DNA of 64,000 nucleotides from Tubiluchus corallicola (taxonomy: Eukaryota; Animalia; Priapulida), in NCBI GenBank assembly GCA_030141605.1, contig JAQGDQ010000116.1:1-64000 (forward strand). Reading direction: 5' to 3'. Shown here one piece after another: positions 27,546 to 42,500 of this stretch. Under the pieces are notes generated by a model that had not been told where the DNA came from, searched no databases, and saw nothing but the letters and a program-made list of their open reading frames with translations. The position numbers were made by a program, and so were the translations under genes. Each line of letters starts with the position of its first letter. The stretch's first letter is position 1.

Positions 27546-30500
27546 ATGGCGTCCAGAATGGATGTTAGAGTAGAAAAAAGTCTTCGGATTAAAATTGGTA
27601 AGTAATTTTTGCAAAATTATTTATAGAAATGCATGGATAAATGCCTTAACTTATTTAGTTTTATGATTTACCGAAAAGTTCATCTACTAATTTTATTAAA
27701 GCAACTAAATCATATTCCAAAATTATTTGCAGACAATTCGTTTTCGTCGGAATTCTCGGAGCAGTTTTAGGGAAGTTTCTTTAAGATTAAGATGGAGCGA
27801 TAGGCCTACGAAGTTAAGGTGTATGAGTGGACACCTTAGCTATACATAACTTATAAGGAGCAGGGATAATTATTTGTAGCTGATGAGCCTGTGGTGGCAA
27901 TATTAACATCTTTGTGTTCTGAAAAGTTTTTTTGAAAAATTATAAATTCTCGTTTGATGACAATGTTTTGATAATGTGCCTAATATTCGCAACTTTGAAG
28001 TTTGGTACTAAGGACTAATATTAAAGTGCTACAAAATTTTATTAAGTAAAATATCGTGTTCCACGTGAGTATTTTAGCTGACGCCTCGTACAACACAGAA
28101 ATAATTGCGCTTCTGATTTTTCATGAAATCGTTGCTTAAATTGATGGTAGCAGTCATATTGTTAATTGTGATTGTTATTATTTATTGAAAAACATAACTG
28201 TACAAAGTGTTAACCTTACATCTGGTTACTTAAAATATTTTTAAAATAATTCTTCAGTCTTTAATAGCTTTGCATCTAATAATGCTCATAGTTTGCATTG
28301 TCAATACCATGCAGTATTTTGGTTCATCTTCTGTATGTGCCCATTTTTGGACTAATTAGTTTTAACTGTGTTAGTGTTTTATCATGTGATGAACGAGGTA
28401 GTTGAATTTCTACTTAGCAGCTTTCATTGTGCTTTTCCTAGGTACACAAATACACAATGTACCCGTGATATGACCTGAAATAAGATTTATACAAATTCAA
28501 GAATTGTTGTTTGTTGATACTGTATGTGTAAATGATCTCTTCACAGGTAAAGTATACATCATAGATGGCTTACTTTAGTAGCTCTTTCATTACACACACA
28601 TACTTTGAAAAGCTTTAACAGTCCTTTACTTAAACATCCAGATCTGTTTCTTCCATCAGAGAGTTTTAGAATTTTCCATTCGCTACATCTATATATTTAG
28701 GTTTATTTTAATGTATTTTCCTTTAGTGATATACCTCACATTGAATCTTAAGGAGCCAGTCGTCATGCCACTGCAAAAATGAATTTAGACCAGTTGTCAC
28801 ACCACTGAAAAAATGAATTTAAGTCTAATTAGTATGTGCTGTTCTTTGATCTATACTTAATAATAATGTGCTACATGTTCTTATCATTTGCAGCTATTTT
28901 ACACTTGGATGCAACTTAAAATAAGCTTATAACACAAAAAGAGCGTGGTCCATATGCTTTATAGTGAACCTGGCTTTATAGTAGAGCATATTAAAAAATG
29001 AAATGCCAACTACCTGTTTTAGGCTCCATTTAATACAAAAAAAAACTATTTTCTTTCCAAGCCTGCTCCAAAGCTGTCTAATGTCATAGTGTTTTTGTAC
29101 TGCAAATGGACTTACTAGAGCTTTTCCATTTTGCAGCAGCTACTGAGTAGTACTAGTCTTAAATTCAATAGCAAAATTTAATAATCGCATGTCATTTAGC
29201 GAATTTTGTGCCAAACAATGTTGTTTCCTGTTGAGTGCTCCATAAACTACATAACTAGATAGCCTTCATCCCACCACATTTGATGAAATTTTAAAATCTG
29301 TTACTGAAAATTTCTTATCTTCTGACGACATCTACTAGACTCAAAAAAAGACTGTATTATTTTTTGATAATTTTGATAATGTGCATTTGTATTTAAGCTT
29401 CACTTTGCATTTAACAAATTTAACAAATTTTGGGGTCAAAGTAGTGTTGCTGTCCAAGTACCATCCCTAGTATTTGACATCAAAATGGAGCTCTCCAGAA
29501 AAGTCCTATAAATTTCCTGAAGTGTGTGGATTATCTCCTTTTTCATTCCCCCAGATACATTAGAAATTCAACTAACTTCAATGAAATTTCCAGATTTTGA
29601 AACATGGCAAAGCTGTGTAACAGCCTCTGAATGAAGGTCATCTGAATGAAATAATCTTGACCAAATGGGTTATGCGAGTTGTTTGACTGGATTTCCAGTT
29701 TAAGTCACAGAAAACAAAATTGTCAGCATTTCTAACAAATTTATTATTGCGAGAAGAAACCAACAATTAACCTATGATAGAAATGGTGTTTTCAAAGATT
29801 ACCTTGTGCAATGTGTCTTTTATTAAAAATGACTTACCATCAAAGCAATAAATGTTCTGTAATACTAAATTTATGCTGTACATGTGCTGTGGAAAATGTC
29901 TTCGTATATATGGGAAAATAGTGCATATAAGAAATTAATCCTCTGCAATTACTTCGCGAGAAAATCTATGGTAAACTTTTCACCTCCTAGAGGAGCGGTT
30001 GTCTGTATTCTATTTCCACTGAACGATTATCATTTTGAGCAGGTTACTTATTATGTGTACCTTCAATGTGTTGGGTTGCTGCCCATTACTCAGACAAGTT
30101 TCACAGGAAATGCTTTCACTTCACTATACAAAGGCACTACCATTATGATTTCGATGGCTTTCAAACTTTTATTCGCCTGGTTAGCTGAAATTCTAGTAGC
30201 TGGGTGACCAGTTGTGTCAGTTGATTCCCCTAGTTGTGACAGTTGACTCATTTCACAATTTTACGCTAATTTGTTTAAAAAGATTTTTCATAGCGTCCAT
30301 AGTTTTGCAAAAATTCTAACCTTTCTTGGAACTTTGTGATGCATTTACAATACAGTGGATTGATTCTCACACTTTTTACTGAAATGTCAAGCCAAGTAGA
30401 CTTGACTTTTGTACTTTTTTGTTTTATGGAGTGTAAGAGTTGGATGGCTAGATTTTTTTATTAAAAGCTGAAAGAACCATATCACATGAGCTGAGTTTGA

Positions 30501-33500
30501 TGGAGTATTTTACTTGTGTTACATTTTTTAAAAAGTAATTTCTTCAGACATTCATAGAGCTGATAAGCTATGACAGTGTTCTTTGTCTCCTTTTTTTTAA
30601 AATTTGCCTTTAAAGATTTTTATCTTAAAGTTATGTCTAGATGAGATGAATCTGAAGGGATTCATCAGTCAGTTATAAAAACTGTGTTAAAAGTTTTGGA
30701 ATTTTGCTGTAGATGCTTCTGTCTTTCACACAGACGTTGAAGTTTTATATTAAATAGCATGAGTGTACTTGCCCATGTCAATGTACTGGAGTTATTGCCC
30801 AATCTCATTTATTTGGTCTTCTGTGTGATGTATCATGTTTGCCAATATTGTTAAATAAATTGTGCCTGTCTCTGCTATAAATGCACGTCAAGAACTCCTG
30901 CAACAAAAATTATCAGCTTAACTGATCTCATTCAAATAGACAAGTTGGTACATGAAATATAACATCACTTTTCTGACCGGAACTTGATATTTGCCAGTGA
31001 ATTTGTATTACAAGTTTCATAGCCTATTTTGATTTGCGTACTGGAGGAACATTTTAGTATTTAACTGAGTAGACGTTTGACATTTTACGTGGAAAAGATT
31101 GTTTTTTTTTTGCTTGAAGGAGAGTTCATTTTTTCATCTTTAAATACAATGTTCATGTTACGAGCGGGTTTAAAGTTTTCAAGCCAACTAGGCGAATTTT
31201 TATTTTTATGAAAAGATTTGATTCGTGGTTTTATTACGTTTTACATTGAACTGGTTTGCATATGAATTTATTATAAAGTTTTTAGTGCAACAGTTTCTTG
31301 TTAGGGACTAGGCCTATGTATAATAAACCAACTTATATTGTTAGAACATTTATTTACATAAAAATTTAGATTAATAATAGTATTAGTATAAAAACTTTAT
31401 AGTCTTAAACACTTCCCCAAAACAGATTACCGATCAGGGTAAAGCTCCTGTGGTGGTAATACAATACATGCTGCCTGCAGTATAGTACTTTATAGACAAG
31501 TGAAGATTCAAGATGAAGTTAAGCAAAATAAATTATAGTATAGTGAACACTGAAATTTTGTACATGATCAGTTAACAAGTGTCGAAAGAGACTTTTTATG
31601 CATTTTAAACATTTGAACTGTTCCAAATACGTTGTAAACATTTTTTGCTGGTAGTTTTGCCTCGTTGCTCCGCCTTTAGAATCTCATGGGCTTGTCTATT
31701 TTATTAGAGAAACTTGGATGAAACAAATTTTACGACCTCCTCTGCTGACTAGGAAGGAGAGTTATTTTAGTTTTACGGTTGCTGTGCATCTGTCCGAGTT
31801 TACTGAGCATTGTAAACTATTTACCTAACGAGGAGATTGAACCTCGAGTCTAACAAAATAGGAATTTTTAGTCATCGTGTCTTTGGTGCCTAAACATTTG
31901 GCGCCTGTTCTTTTGCATTAAATGGTTCTTGATCTTTATAGTAGAATTGGAATGCCTTTATAGAAGAAATTTGTGAGCATGAACCAGGATTTCACAAAAC
32001 TGAATTTTGTCAGCTTTCCCGTGCCCTACTAAGATGAAGAAGCATTCTGTAGTTCGTCAAAAATTAAAACATTTTTGCTGATTTAAATGCGTTCTTACTG
32101 AAATATTACATCTGTGATTCTGTGTAAACTTGATTATAAATGTTTTTTCTCACTACTCGTCCTTCATAAGTATTATTTCTAGCGTAGCGGTTGCGAGATG
32201 TCACACTTATTGTTGTGGTTTAAAAACGCGCAGTTATTGATGTTGATTTTATTTTTGAGCTTATAACAAAAATTTAAGCTAACACTAAGCAATATTTGTT
32301 TAGCGTTGGCAAATATATGTTTTGGGGTTGTGGTTGGCTTATGTGGGTCAGCTCATGAATGGGATGTATGTAGTAGTACAGTGTAGCCAATCAGTGCTTG
32401 TTGGAAAGGCTGTAGGCGTTCATTGATGAATTCTTTCATTTTCTACAGCAAGCTATAGTGCGATTGTTGACAGAGCAAACCATTCATGACTACACGCATC
32501 AGCGGATGTGGCTTGCAACACCTAGCATAATCGTCTTAATATAATTTCGCTTTATGGAGGATTTTTTTCAAATATGATTTCCTGAATGGCCGTTTGTTGC
32601 TGTGGCGTGCAGTGAATGGGGCCCAGTTTTAAAAATGCTGCGTTCGTTAATTAGAGGTCGTGGCATCAGTGTTTGTTGCTGGGCAAAGCTGTTGCTTCTA
32701 AAAAAAATTTTGACATGTCAGGGTATAACTATATGTAAATATTTTTGTGTCAAAAGTATGGCTGTCTAGCTCAGATTGTGTTACAATTAAGTTTAGTTTG
32801 GCCTCAAAATTTACTTTTGCTCAAAATTAATTAGGGTTTGGGTGGGCGAACGCACGAAAATGTATGGCTGACCATCCTATGTGGATATTGGTAAGAATAC
32901 GTCGTATACTCTGTCCAGTGACAATTCACGTTGATCTATTAAAACTGCTAGGGCGTTACATTTTGACAGAAAATAATCACTTCCTATTCAAGGAAAACTC
33001 CCCTCAACTTTTGTGCACGAGATGGCTTGTTCGTAGCTAGGTAAGGGCTGAGTGACTTACGTCTGGAAATGGAAATAAGAAGTTTCTTTAATGCTAAAAC
33101 TTTACTTTGTTCCGAAATAAAAGTATAAGAAAAGTATTCAATCATTTACACCTGTTCCGCGTAGAAACTTATTTTTTGTGAGTATTTAAAATTACAACAT
33201 TCAATAGAGTGTCACTGATGTTCGCTTTTACGTTCGCTTTACACCATGCTACTTGTACTAACTGTAGTTATGTAAGCACTATTTCATATGAGCAATATTG
33301 CAGCGTTTTAGCGATAATTGAATGATACAGTTCGTAACCTCGTGTTGGTACTGCTGTATGTATTATCATGTCAGGCAAGGGATTGGCTCTACGCCAAATA
33401 TTAACTTATCAAAGCCTATCCTAAATGTAGTAACGCAACAGAACTTGTGACTGTCATCATAACTTGGGCATACTAGGTCGCTAGTTAAAGCACCGCGATT

Positions 33501-36500
33501 TCGGCACAGTACTTAGACAAAATGATTTGATCCAAACTTACTATATAATTTAGATTTGTTTGTATTGGGTGATTCAAGGTCGCATGCGTGTGATTATTTT
33601 GTTATTTCAGCTACTTATACAATGTATAGTGTTGGTTACAGTAACTATAATGTTGACCAAGGTTAACCTAAATTCTTCAAAAATTTGTGTGTTTAATTTT
33701 TCGTCTGAAATTAATGTTTACGTTTGTTCATCAAATTAGGTTGCATTAGTATAGTCAGTATAGAGTCAATGATGGTCTTTACATTTGCGTTTTTTCCATG
33801 CAACAAACTGGTAACTGCTAACGTCGTAAAAATGTGATACAGAAACTCACTAAAATGACGGTAAAATGGTACGCTACGTCGAATACAGAGACGTGCCAAA
33901 AGTTGGAAAGAACTGTTTGTAGTAGAAATGATAGCAGTTAGTTATTTTTTCTACAAACTCCGCCCGTTTTCGATGTCTTTTATAGTTTTTGCCTCATTGG
34001 TATTTCTAACTTTTTATGTTCGATTGACTATTGCCTCTTTACTATTCAAACATATATTTTTAACTGTAAATTTGGTTACGGCAATCATAAACTAAACACC
34101 AAATTATCGGCTAACACTCGCCATATAATCGGCTTCGTTCATGTGTATGCTATATTGAGTATAGCGTAAGGTGCTTCCTGCTTTAGTTGCTTTTTCCTGT
34201 TGGAATAATACGCCTTGAACAACATCTTCTGTTCTCAATTTCCGTGCACGGCTAATGCATCTCAGCTGATAACCAAATCCCATTTAGTGATGGTTTGGCA
34301 ATGACAGACTGTAGCGTGGGTGGACATGAGATAGGCAGGTGCTTGAACTGCTACAAGCTGGTGGTTCAGTAATCATCATATTATAAAGTTGAGTTTAAAT
34401 TCAGAAGGAAATACAAACTGCTATGAAACTTATCGCCAACTATTATCACGCGCCATTGTTTAGATCTTTAGAATGATCAATCTCGGTACTAAACCCACAT
34501 TCTCTTAAACGGGAAGCAGATGAGATTATTGCTGTATCGTAGATTAATCGAGTCACTTATCGAAAACTTGTGTAATATTTGTCAGGCGTTGCTGTAGCAC
34601 ATATAAATTCATCTTGTGCCAGAATTTGAAGCATGTATGAAGTTTGAAGCATGTTTTGAATATTCATTGTTTTTGTATTAAGCAAGTTCATTCTTTTGCT
34701 AAACTATGTTAGTGTAACTTATTATGCTTAATTTCATATGACTAGTTTCAATGACACAGCCTCTTGTAATATGCAGCAGTGCTATCAATTAAAATTGAAT
34801 GCACGTCTAAAGTTATAGTGCAAGAATTTCAAGATCGAATAAGGACAGCCTAATATTTTCTAGCTCTTATTCTAGATGGTAACCTTATTTAAAAAACATT
34901 TTTCATAATTTCAATACAAATGTGGGTAATATTTAAATTTTAAAAATCCGCTTCGTTGAATTTTTTGTATCTTTGGTGTGTGAAAGTGTGAAATCAAGTC
35001 TGAGGCCGTTGCCCCGCTGTAACGTACATGCGCGTGTACTATTTTAGGCGTAAAATAATGAATGACATGTGTTTGTACTGTACAGACGAGCTGAACGATA
35101 ATCTTGTTTTAAATATTGTGTCAATCTACGCAATTCATTGATAAGTTCATGTTTTACACACACATAATTTCCTCATTTTCTCCTCGACAAGTAGAACGCT
35201 TTCTGATGCGCTCTAGTTTTCGGAATCCATTATTTTGTTACCGGAATCACGTGTTTATAGCAGTATTTCTTGTTTTTAAGTTTTCTTTCTGATGTCGCAA
35301 CTAAAACAAACACTGTACACGGGGAGGCGTGGGCCTTATCGTCCTGGGTCCACAGTTTAGGCTTAGGTGAACAAGCAAACTATGATTTCTGACTCTCGGC
35401 TGCGAGCATGAGCATAATTAAAGTTTTTTTAATTGTAAAATCTTCTCGCCGTATAGGCCGGTTTTGGTAATGCGTTGTAGGTTTACCGAAGTTCTCTGGC
35501 ACAAACTTCTTGACATTTTGTCCCATTATTTCCTCGTTTTATGTACTATAAATTATTATTTGAACCAGACCGGCCCACAAGTGTATAGGTGTGTAGGCGT
35601 GAGAACGGATGGACGAAATTACCTGTCATAATTGTGTTATTAGCGTTATTTACAAATTAAAACGGATGGGTGAAATGCTGGCGGGCGGTCAAAATACCAC
35701 CGGTTAAAAGATCACCAGACAAAGGACTATCGGTCAGACTGGTAATTTTAATTTTTTTTAATGTACAGCGTCATGAATTTTTATGCACAAAAACAATATT
35801 TTGGCTTAGTGAGTAATAGATACTGACAAATAATGCGGAACTTTATAGTTAGCCTCTGCAAATTTACCTCATCAACAATACAATTACCTCATCACAAAGC
35901 AAAATTTATCTCAAATTGTTTTTTAGGTTGACATTTGCTCGGCCTGCTAATTTTATGTGGTGAACCTTTAATCGGTGGTCCTTTGTCTTTCCAGACGAAT
36001 CTTTGATCAATGGTCCTTTAGTCGATGGAACACTCAATAACATGGGACCTACAGTTCGTAAGACCACCGGTCATAGGACGCTACGGACAAAGGGCCACCA
36101 GTTTTTTTTACTGGTGGCCCTTTTGTCCGTAGCGCCCTATGACCGGTGGTCCTTCGAAGTCTTTGAGCTACACCCGAAATGCAGCCTATAAATGCGAGAG
36201 TCGTGTGCTGCCATTGCTATTGTGTCCGGGAGCAGCAATCAGCAGGATTACCATTCCGTTCGTATTTTAACAGCAGACCAATGTTCATCTCAATGTTTTA
36301 ACAACATGAAACGCTTGTTTTAACTTTACCGCTTTCCTTATCACTAGTAGAAATGATCACCTAATACAATGTTTTTCATGCCGCAAACGAGAAAGCTTTA
36401 TTTTATTAAAAAAAAACTTTCATACGTCGAAATTCAAGCGTTTTTTGTTTTCGAATTGTATAAAATTACAGAGACCAAAATAAAAATTTCACACCGAAAA

Positions 36501-39500
36501 ATCTAATATAATTGAGATAAAATGCACCAAGTGCCACCTGGCCCATTTAAAGCACTTTCATCTAATATTTCCCTAGTGCGTAGTATGCTCAGAGATTCAT
36601 CTGGTAGAAGCTTCGTACACGGTATAATTGTGAATTGTATCAGTCTGTTTTCTTAAAGCTCTATGGTATTACAAGTCTCTGTTCTTTCTCGACAACGATA
36701 TACTGTGTGCACATTTCTCTGACTTCAGATGAGTAATTAGTTGATTTAAAGAAAGAACATTACAGCCAATATAGGATTCATAATTTGTGTATTTCATTGC
36801 AAATTTTTTCCCGTGAAATATTATACACTTATTTTCTGTAATTTATGAAGTTATAGAAACAACTGCCTAGTCCCTATAGGGATACTACATATGTGATTAA
36901 TAAAGGAATGTCTTATGCTGAGTTCCGTTAGCCCGATAAGGATAAGGAGACCTGATTGTAAGATCCGGTCCCGCGTTATGAATAAACACGTTAATCGCTC
37001 TCTGGTCAACAGCAGACTGATTGAGAGATGTAAGCGTCACAGGATGACAAGTAATTGCTAACATGTCAACTTCGCTGCTCAGACTATATAGAAGGCTTTG
37101 GCACCGGTACTAACTCTTTGTATTGGCAGAAAAAATACAGCTAATGTATTTATTTTGAATTTGAAAGAAGGGCAGCCAACAGCAAGAATGGTCCTCTAAA
37201 GCTAATATTAAAAGTCTTTCTATTAGCATCCCATTAAATATACAAAATGGTGTCTTGAACATTGTAAAGTTCTTCGAGCAGGGCAGTGCTGAGCTAGATA
37301 CAGACCTAGCCAAGACGGAAATTGTAGGCTCCATTTTAAACCATTGGTTATACATTTTTCATATTTTTTGTAATCTTTACTAATTACATATGATTTGTGT
37401 GTAATGGATATCATGATATTGTAAGGAAAAAAAATAATACAATAAGAAGAAATCAATTGAAAATTGCCACACTGATACATTACAGATGTTTATGTACAGT
37501 ATGAACACCAAAAATTTAAGTCATTCTCTTAGATTCTTCCAAAGAACAAGAGTTTTAAAACAACAGTTCAAAAGTAAATCCCGAAAGAAACTTTGTGCCA
37601 CTATTCCTAAAATTAAAGGCAAGTGCTGCCTATGTGGCCTCTATTTTCACTAAACAGTAGACGAAGGCATTTCCTCCGACAGCTGACATTTTCTGACTGT
37701 GTCCACTGTACAATTTCTCTTTAAGGGCAATCCATTTCTTCTTCCCAACATATTCTTATCAGTCTTTATTTTTTTCTGGTGACGATTATAATTAAACTGG
37801 TTGATCCTTATATAGCTCCATATATTGAGTGCTTTATACGTCACTGAGTGTGGTTATTTTCAGTTGATTATTAGCTGATATTGTTCTGGCATTTGATTTT
37901 TTAACATCCAAAAGTTTTTGGATCATAACTTGAGAACCAGCAAACGCCACAGCGTGATATTTCAACAATAAAGAAACAAAGCAATTTACACAAAAGAAGT
38001 AGTCAGGCAATTTTATTCAAGACGTACATGTGCTTTTTACCATTTAGTCTTCCGTTTTCTTGCATGTGAATTGGTGCACCTCGTGTTGTTAATGGCTTGG
38101 AGTTAATACACACGACTTTTATTTTGGTAACTGGTTTATTTTTTTCAGCTGAAGCAAAAGAATTATTACCAAAAGGTGGTTCCGGACGGGAAACCATTTG
38201 CACAGTAAACCTTGATCAGGAAGAAATATTTCGAACGGCTCTCGCTGCTAAATCTCATAGGTATGTAAAATGATATTATATGAGTCAACTAAAATCTGGA
38301 AGGCTTCACAGAATTACTAAATCGTGGGAAACCCATACCTCTTGAGTCATGCCACTACCGTTGCATATGCTAGCTTGACTCAGGGCTAGCTCCTTTTTTG
38401 GAACTTTTTTCAAACTAAGTAGCATTCATTTTGTGGGGTAAAATGGGGTTTTGCTGGTGTCCCCGATTTGAAAAACAATTTTTTGCTAAAGTTATAAACC
38501 ATCAATGAGAAGATTCTATGAAGACATTTTGTTGATATATGATTAAGCCATATTTCTTGGAATAATAATCATACTAGGCAAGAAACTCATATGATAAAAT
38601 TGGTAAGAGGCAGTCAAAGAATGACAAAGATCACATTCGTCCGGGTCTTCTTTGGAGTATTATGTCAGTATAAACGGCATCGTTGGAGCTGCTATCTTTG
38701 CATAGATAAAATATTATAAGTTTGCTTTGATGTAGAAACAACTAAAAAGAATAAAACATTTAGTTTGTTTTCTGCTTTTTTAAATTTTGTCAGCTTAATT
38801 AAAAACTATCTCTTCTTTTCAAAAATTAAAATCTAAAACAAATATGAACATGAACAATTTTTTATCATGATGTTGCCTATCGATCATGCATGTGATCAGT
38901 TTTAACAACACTTGTCAGCATACTTATATTCAGGCCTGTATCTGTCACTACATCAGGCATACTATCACTACAGCAAGCATTTAAAATGTCACAAAATTTT
39001 TGGTCGATCGACTCGACCCAAATCGTTACTTGTCTGGATGTTGTCCTTGTCATTGTTTTTGTTGGGAACACCTTTTGAAAAAGGGATAACCTTTTGAAAA
39101 ATGCTTAACACTCTGTGAATTTGCAATGGATCATCAGTATACTTCACTTGAACGTACTAGAATGAATTCTGCTTCAGCTGACGGATTGGATTTTTATTAT
39201 CTGCTATTTTGAATTCGTAATATATCATCATGAAAGTTTATAGGCATATATTAGACGGAATTCCGCATCACATAATATTCACAGATTTCGTACAATTATA
39301 GTGCAGCTGCTGCATCATCATGTAAAACCACTCGAATTTAAATCTTCTGCATTACATGATACCATTTTTGAAATTACATCTATGTGGGACATTCGCGAGT
39401 ATTGTCTTCTTATTCCAATACCGGTCAAACCTCAATTTAATTGTTCGAGCCTTAGTTTATACCACTCACTGTGTACAACATGTTCTCTGATATTATGTAG

Positions 39501-42500
39501 CACCTTGCCATTTACTCCAGCGCCGTGTACCATGAGGCGGTACACACTGAGCCCGGTACATAGTGTTGCGGCGCGTGTACACTGTACAGTGTGATGGTAC
39601 CTACCAATCAGTGAGGCGGTACACAGTGAGCCGGTACATAGTGTTGCGGCACGTGTACACTGTACAGTGTGATGGTACCTACCAATCAGTGAGGCGGTAC
39701 ACAGTGAGCCCAGTACATACTGTTGCGGCGCGTGTACACTGTACAGTGTGATGGTACCTACCAATCAGTGAAGCGTACACAGTGAGCCGGTACATAGTGT
39801 TGCGGCACGTGTACACTGTACAGTGTGATGGTACCTACCAATCAGTGAGGCGGTACACAGTGAGCCCGGTACATAGTGTTGCGGCGCGTGTACACTGGAC
39901 AGTGTGATGGTACCTACCAATCAGTGAAGCGGTACACAGTGAGCCGGTACATAGTGTTGCGGCACGTGTACACTGTACAGTGTGATGGTACCTACTAATC
40001 AGACACACGGTGCCGTGGTACATGGCGAGGCGATATACAGATAATATACGGATAAGTTGAGCAGCTCGAACTATCCATGTAGTGTAATTCTAGGTTGAAC
40101 GTTTTCGCTTACTTTCTGAAGACAGCTTGAGGAATGAATTAATACTAGCGTTTTTGGCGCATTCAGCAAGCTGTTTTTGTTTACCATTGATGCTAATAGT
40201 TTTAAACTTTTTGCGTCGTTAAATGTTAAAAGTTTGGAGGCGTATTTTCTTAGTTTTTCATGCCGCCACGCTTATATGGTTTTTTGAAATTCTTCAACCC
40301 TCTTGCGACATGTACACCGAATTGGTTTGATCAATGAGTTTGGCAATGTACGTTGCGGTGCAGTTACACTAATAATGTTATACCATTGTTTTAAGTTTGT
40401 GTGGTCAATCGCCTAGCTATAGCGTGCAGTCTAATAATTTAACAGCTGAAATTGCTTTGGAGGGTTACTATCCCATGCTCTGATGCCGTGACTGTGTTTG
40501 CCCTAGCCGTTGTTGGCTGTTGCAAGTTTTATGAATGGAGTTGTTGACAGAACTATGAGCGCTCTTCATTCATAACCTGCCCCCACTTCCTTTTGCCTTG
40601 AGACCTGCCAACTGGTTTTAAACCAGTGTGGTGGTGCTGGGGGTAGTAGGAATTACTTATGTGAATGCGGCTTTCAAAAGCAGCTTTTTAAGCCGCATAT
40701 GCCCAAACCAATCTCCAGACTATAATGGAGTGCACAGAAACGACGATTGCTCTGTAAAATTTAAAGAAAGATGACAAGAGCATCATAAGGATTAATCTTG
40801 ATAAGTTACCTTTATCATTCATTAAAGTTTTGTCTGTAAATAAAATCGCTTTGCGGCAGTTTTGCCTGCAGTTTTACATGAATATTTATTCAAAGCCCAC
40901 ATTTGTACTAGTATTTATGAGTTTTATAATTATACATTACGATCAACCCTTTTACCCGTCGTGAATCTATGCCATGGTGCCCGCATAATATTAATTTGCC
41001 TTTTCAGCCAAACAAGCGTAATCGCTACGGTGGTTACGCGTTTGTAAAAAGTTACTTGTTTTGGATCCGCAACAACAGGCCATAAATCAAGGTCTGTCAT
41101 ACCAAATAAAATATGTTGTAGCTGCCCTAAAGGCATTCATTATCAAACAATTAGGGAGTATTACATTGTGCGTCGTAGCATTTATTTGTTGCATATTCCA
41201 CGCTATTGGATGTGTGATGAAGAGCAGAAGAAGGCTATGGGTATTTCATTGGCTGGGAGTGGGCATCATGCCATATGTTATGAAATTTAAAAAATGCATA
41301 ACGAAATTGTGATTGTTTTCATCTGTCAAGGGTGAGCTGAATTACTACATGTGCCTTTCACATTGGGGACTGGATCCCACATTCCCTGCGTGTAGTTTCA
41401 TATGACTGCTGCACACTACCTTAACACCTATAATGTGCAGTGTCATTGTTTCATGTAGTCGTGTTTTCTCCTCGGTAATAAATTAAGCTGCGGCTGCATT
41501 GAGTAGTGTACTGTTTTCAAGGCCCACATGTTGGGTCCAAACACTGAAATCCATACATCCATACAGAATGGTTAAAAACCCACTCCTGGGCTCCTGGCAA
41601 ACACTTAGAACTTGTAAAATTGATTTATTTTGCCGAAGTAGGTTGATTTTAGTTAATACTGACTAGTAGGAAGTGGGTAAAGTTATTCAGAACATTTATT
41701 TTTAGACAGGCGGGTCTTTTTCTTTAACACTCTATTGATCTAACTGTATCAAAAGGCATGATCTTTAAATTATTATATTCGGCATGGTGCAAATAGCCTG
41801 TTAGACCAAAGTGAACCCATTTCCACCAGATAAGCACGGTTAACAACAAACGATGGGCAAGATTGCATTGTTCAGGCGCAACAATGTCTTCACCTGCACT
41901 GCAGGTGGTGCTAGGTATAGCTGGCAAGGCAAACCACCATCTAAGTACGTAAGCAGGAAATATTATCAGAGCACTACAACTCTGTCTGCTCACACGCACT
42001 GTCAAGTGTTGCCATCATAGTACCCTACTAATTAATTTAGTTGTAATGATGATAACACTTTTTTTTCAGTATCACTGTAGTACTTTAGACTTTGGAAAAC
42101 TCTGAGCACACTTAATTTGCATACATATCTGTTCATAAAATTGTTGTGAACATGGCAAGAACAGCGTATGAATTGATGCACTCGCGCGGTCCACTTTGTA
42201 ATATTTACTACTAAGATTCTGTGCAGTTCATATCAATTTTCTGTATTATTTTTCTGTAAAATTGCTCATTACTAGAAAAAATTTAAGCCATTTTATTTCC
42301 TTGGTCTGTATACCTATATATACCTTATCCACCTATATACTCAAATACGAATTAATTATTGATTAATACAATATTTACTGGCTTCTTTGTTTAAGCCCAT
42401 TTTATGCGCTTGATTATCTTGGTAAGGCCCTAATTTCACTAGTTTTATTCTGTTTATGTGTTTATCTGTTTATGTGGATAAATTATCTGTAGGATTGCTG

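Noticed and set aside
39521-40027. CRISPR array or repeat-protein ORFs (39432-39764, 39563-39751, 39835-40023)
   Set aside because: The units are contiguous with no unique spacers, there are no cas genes, and the array sits in a eukaryotic intron. The ORFs are by-products of the repeat.
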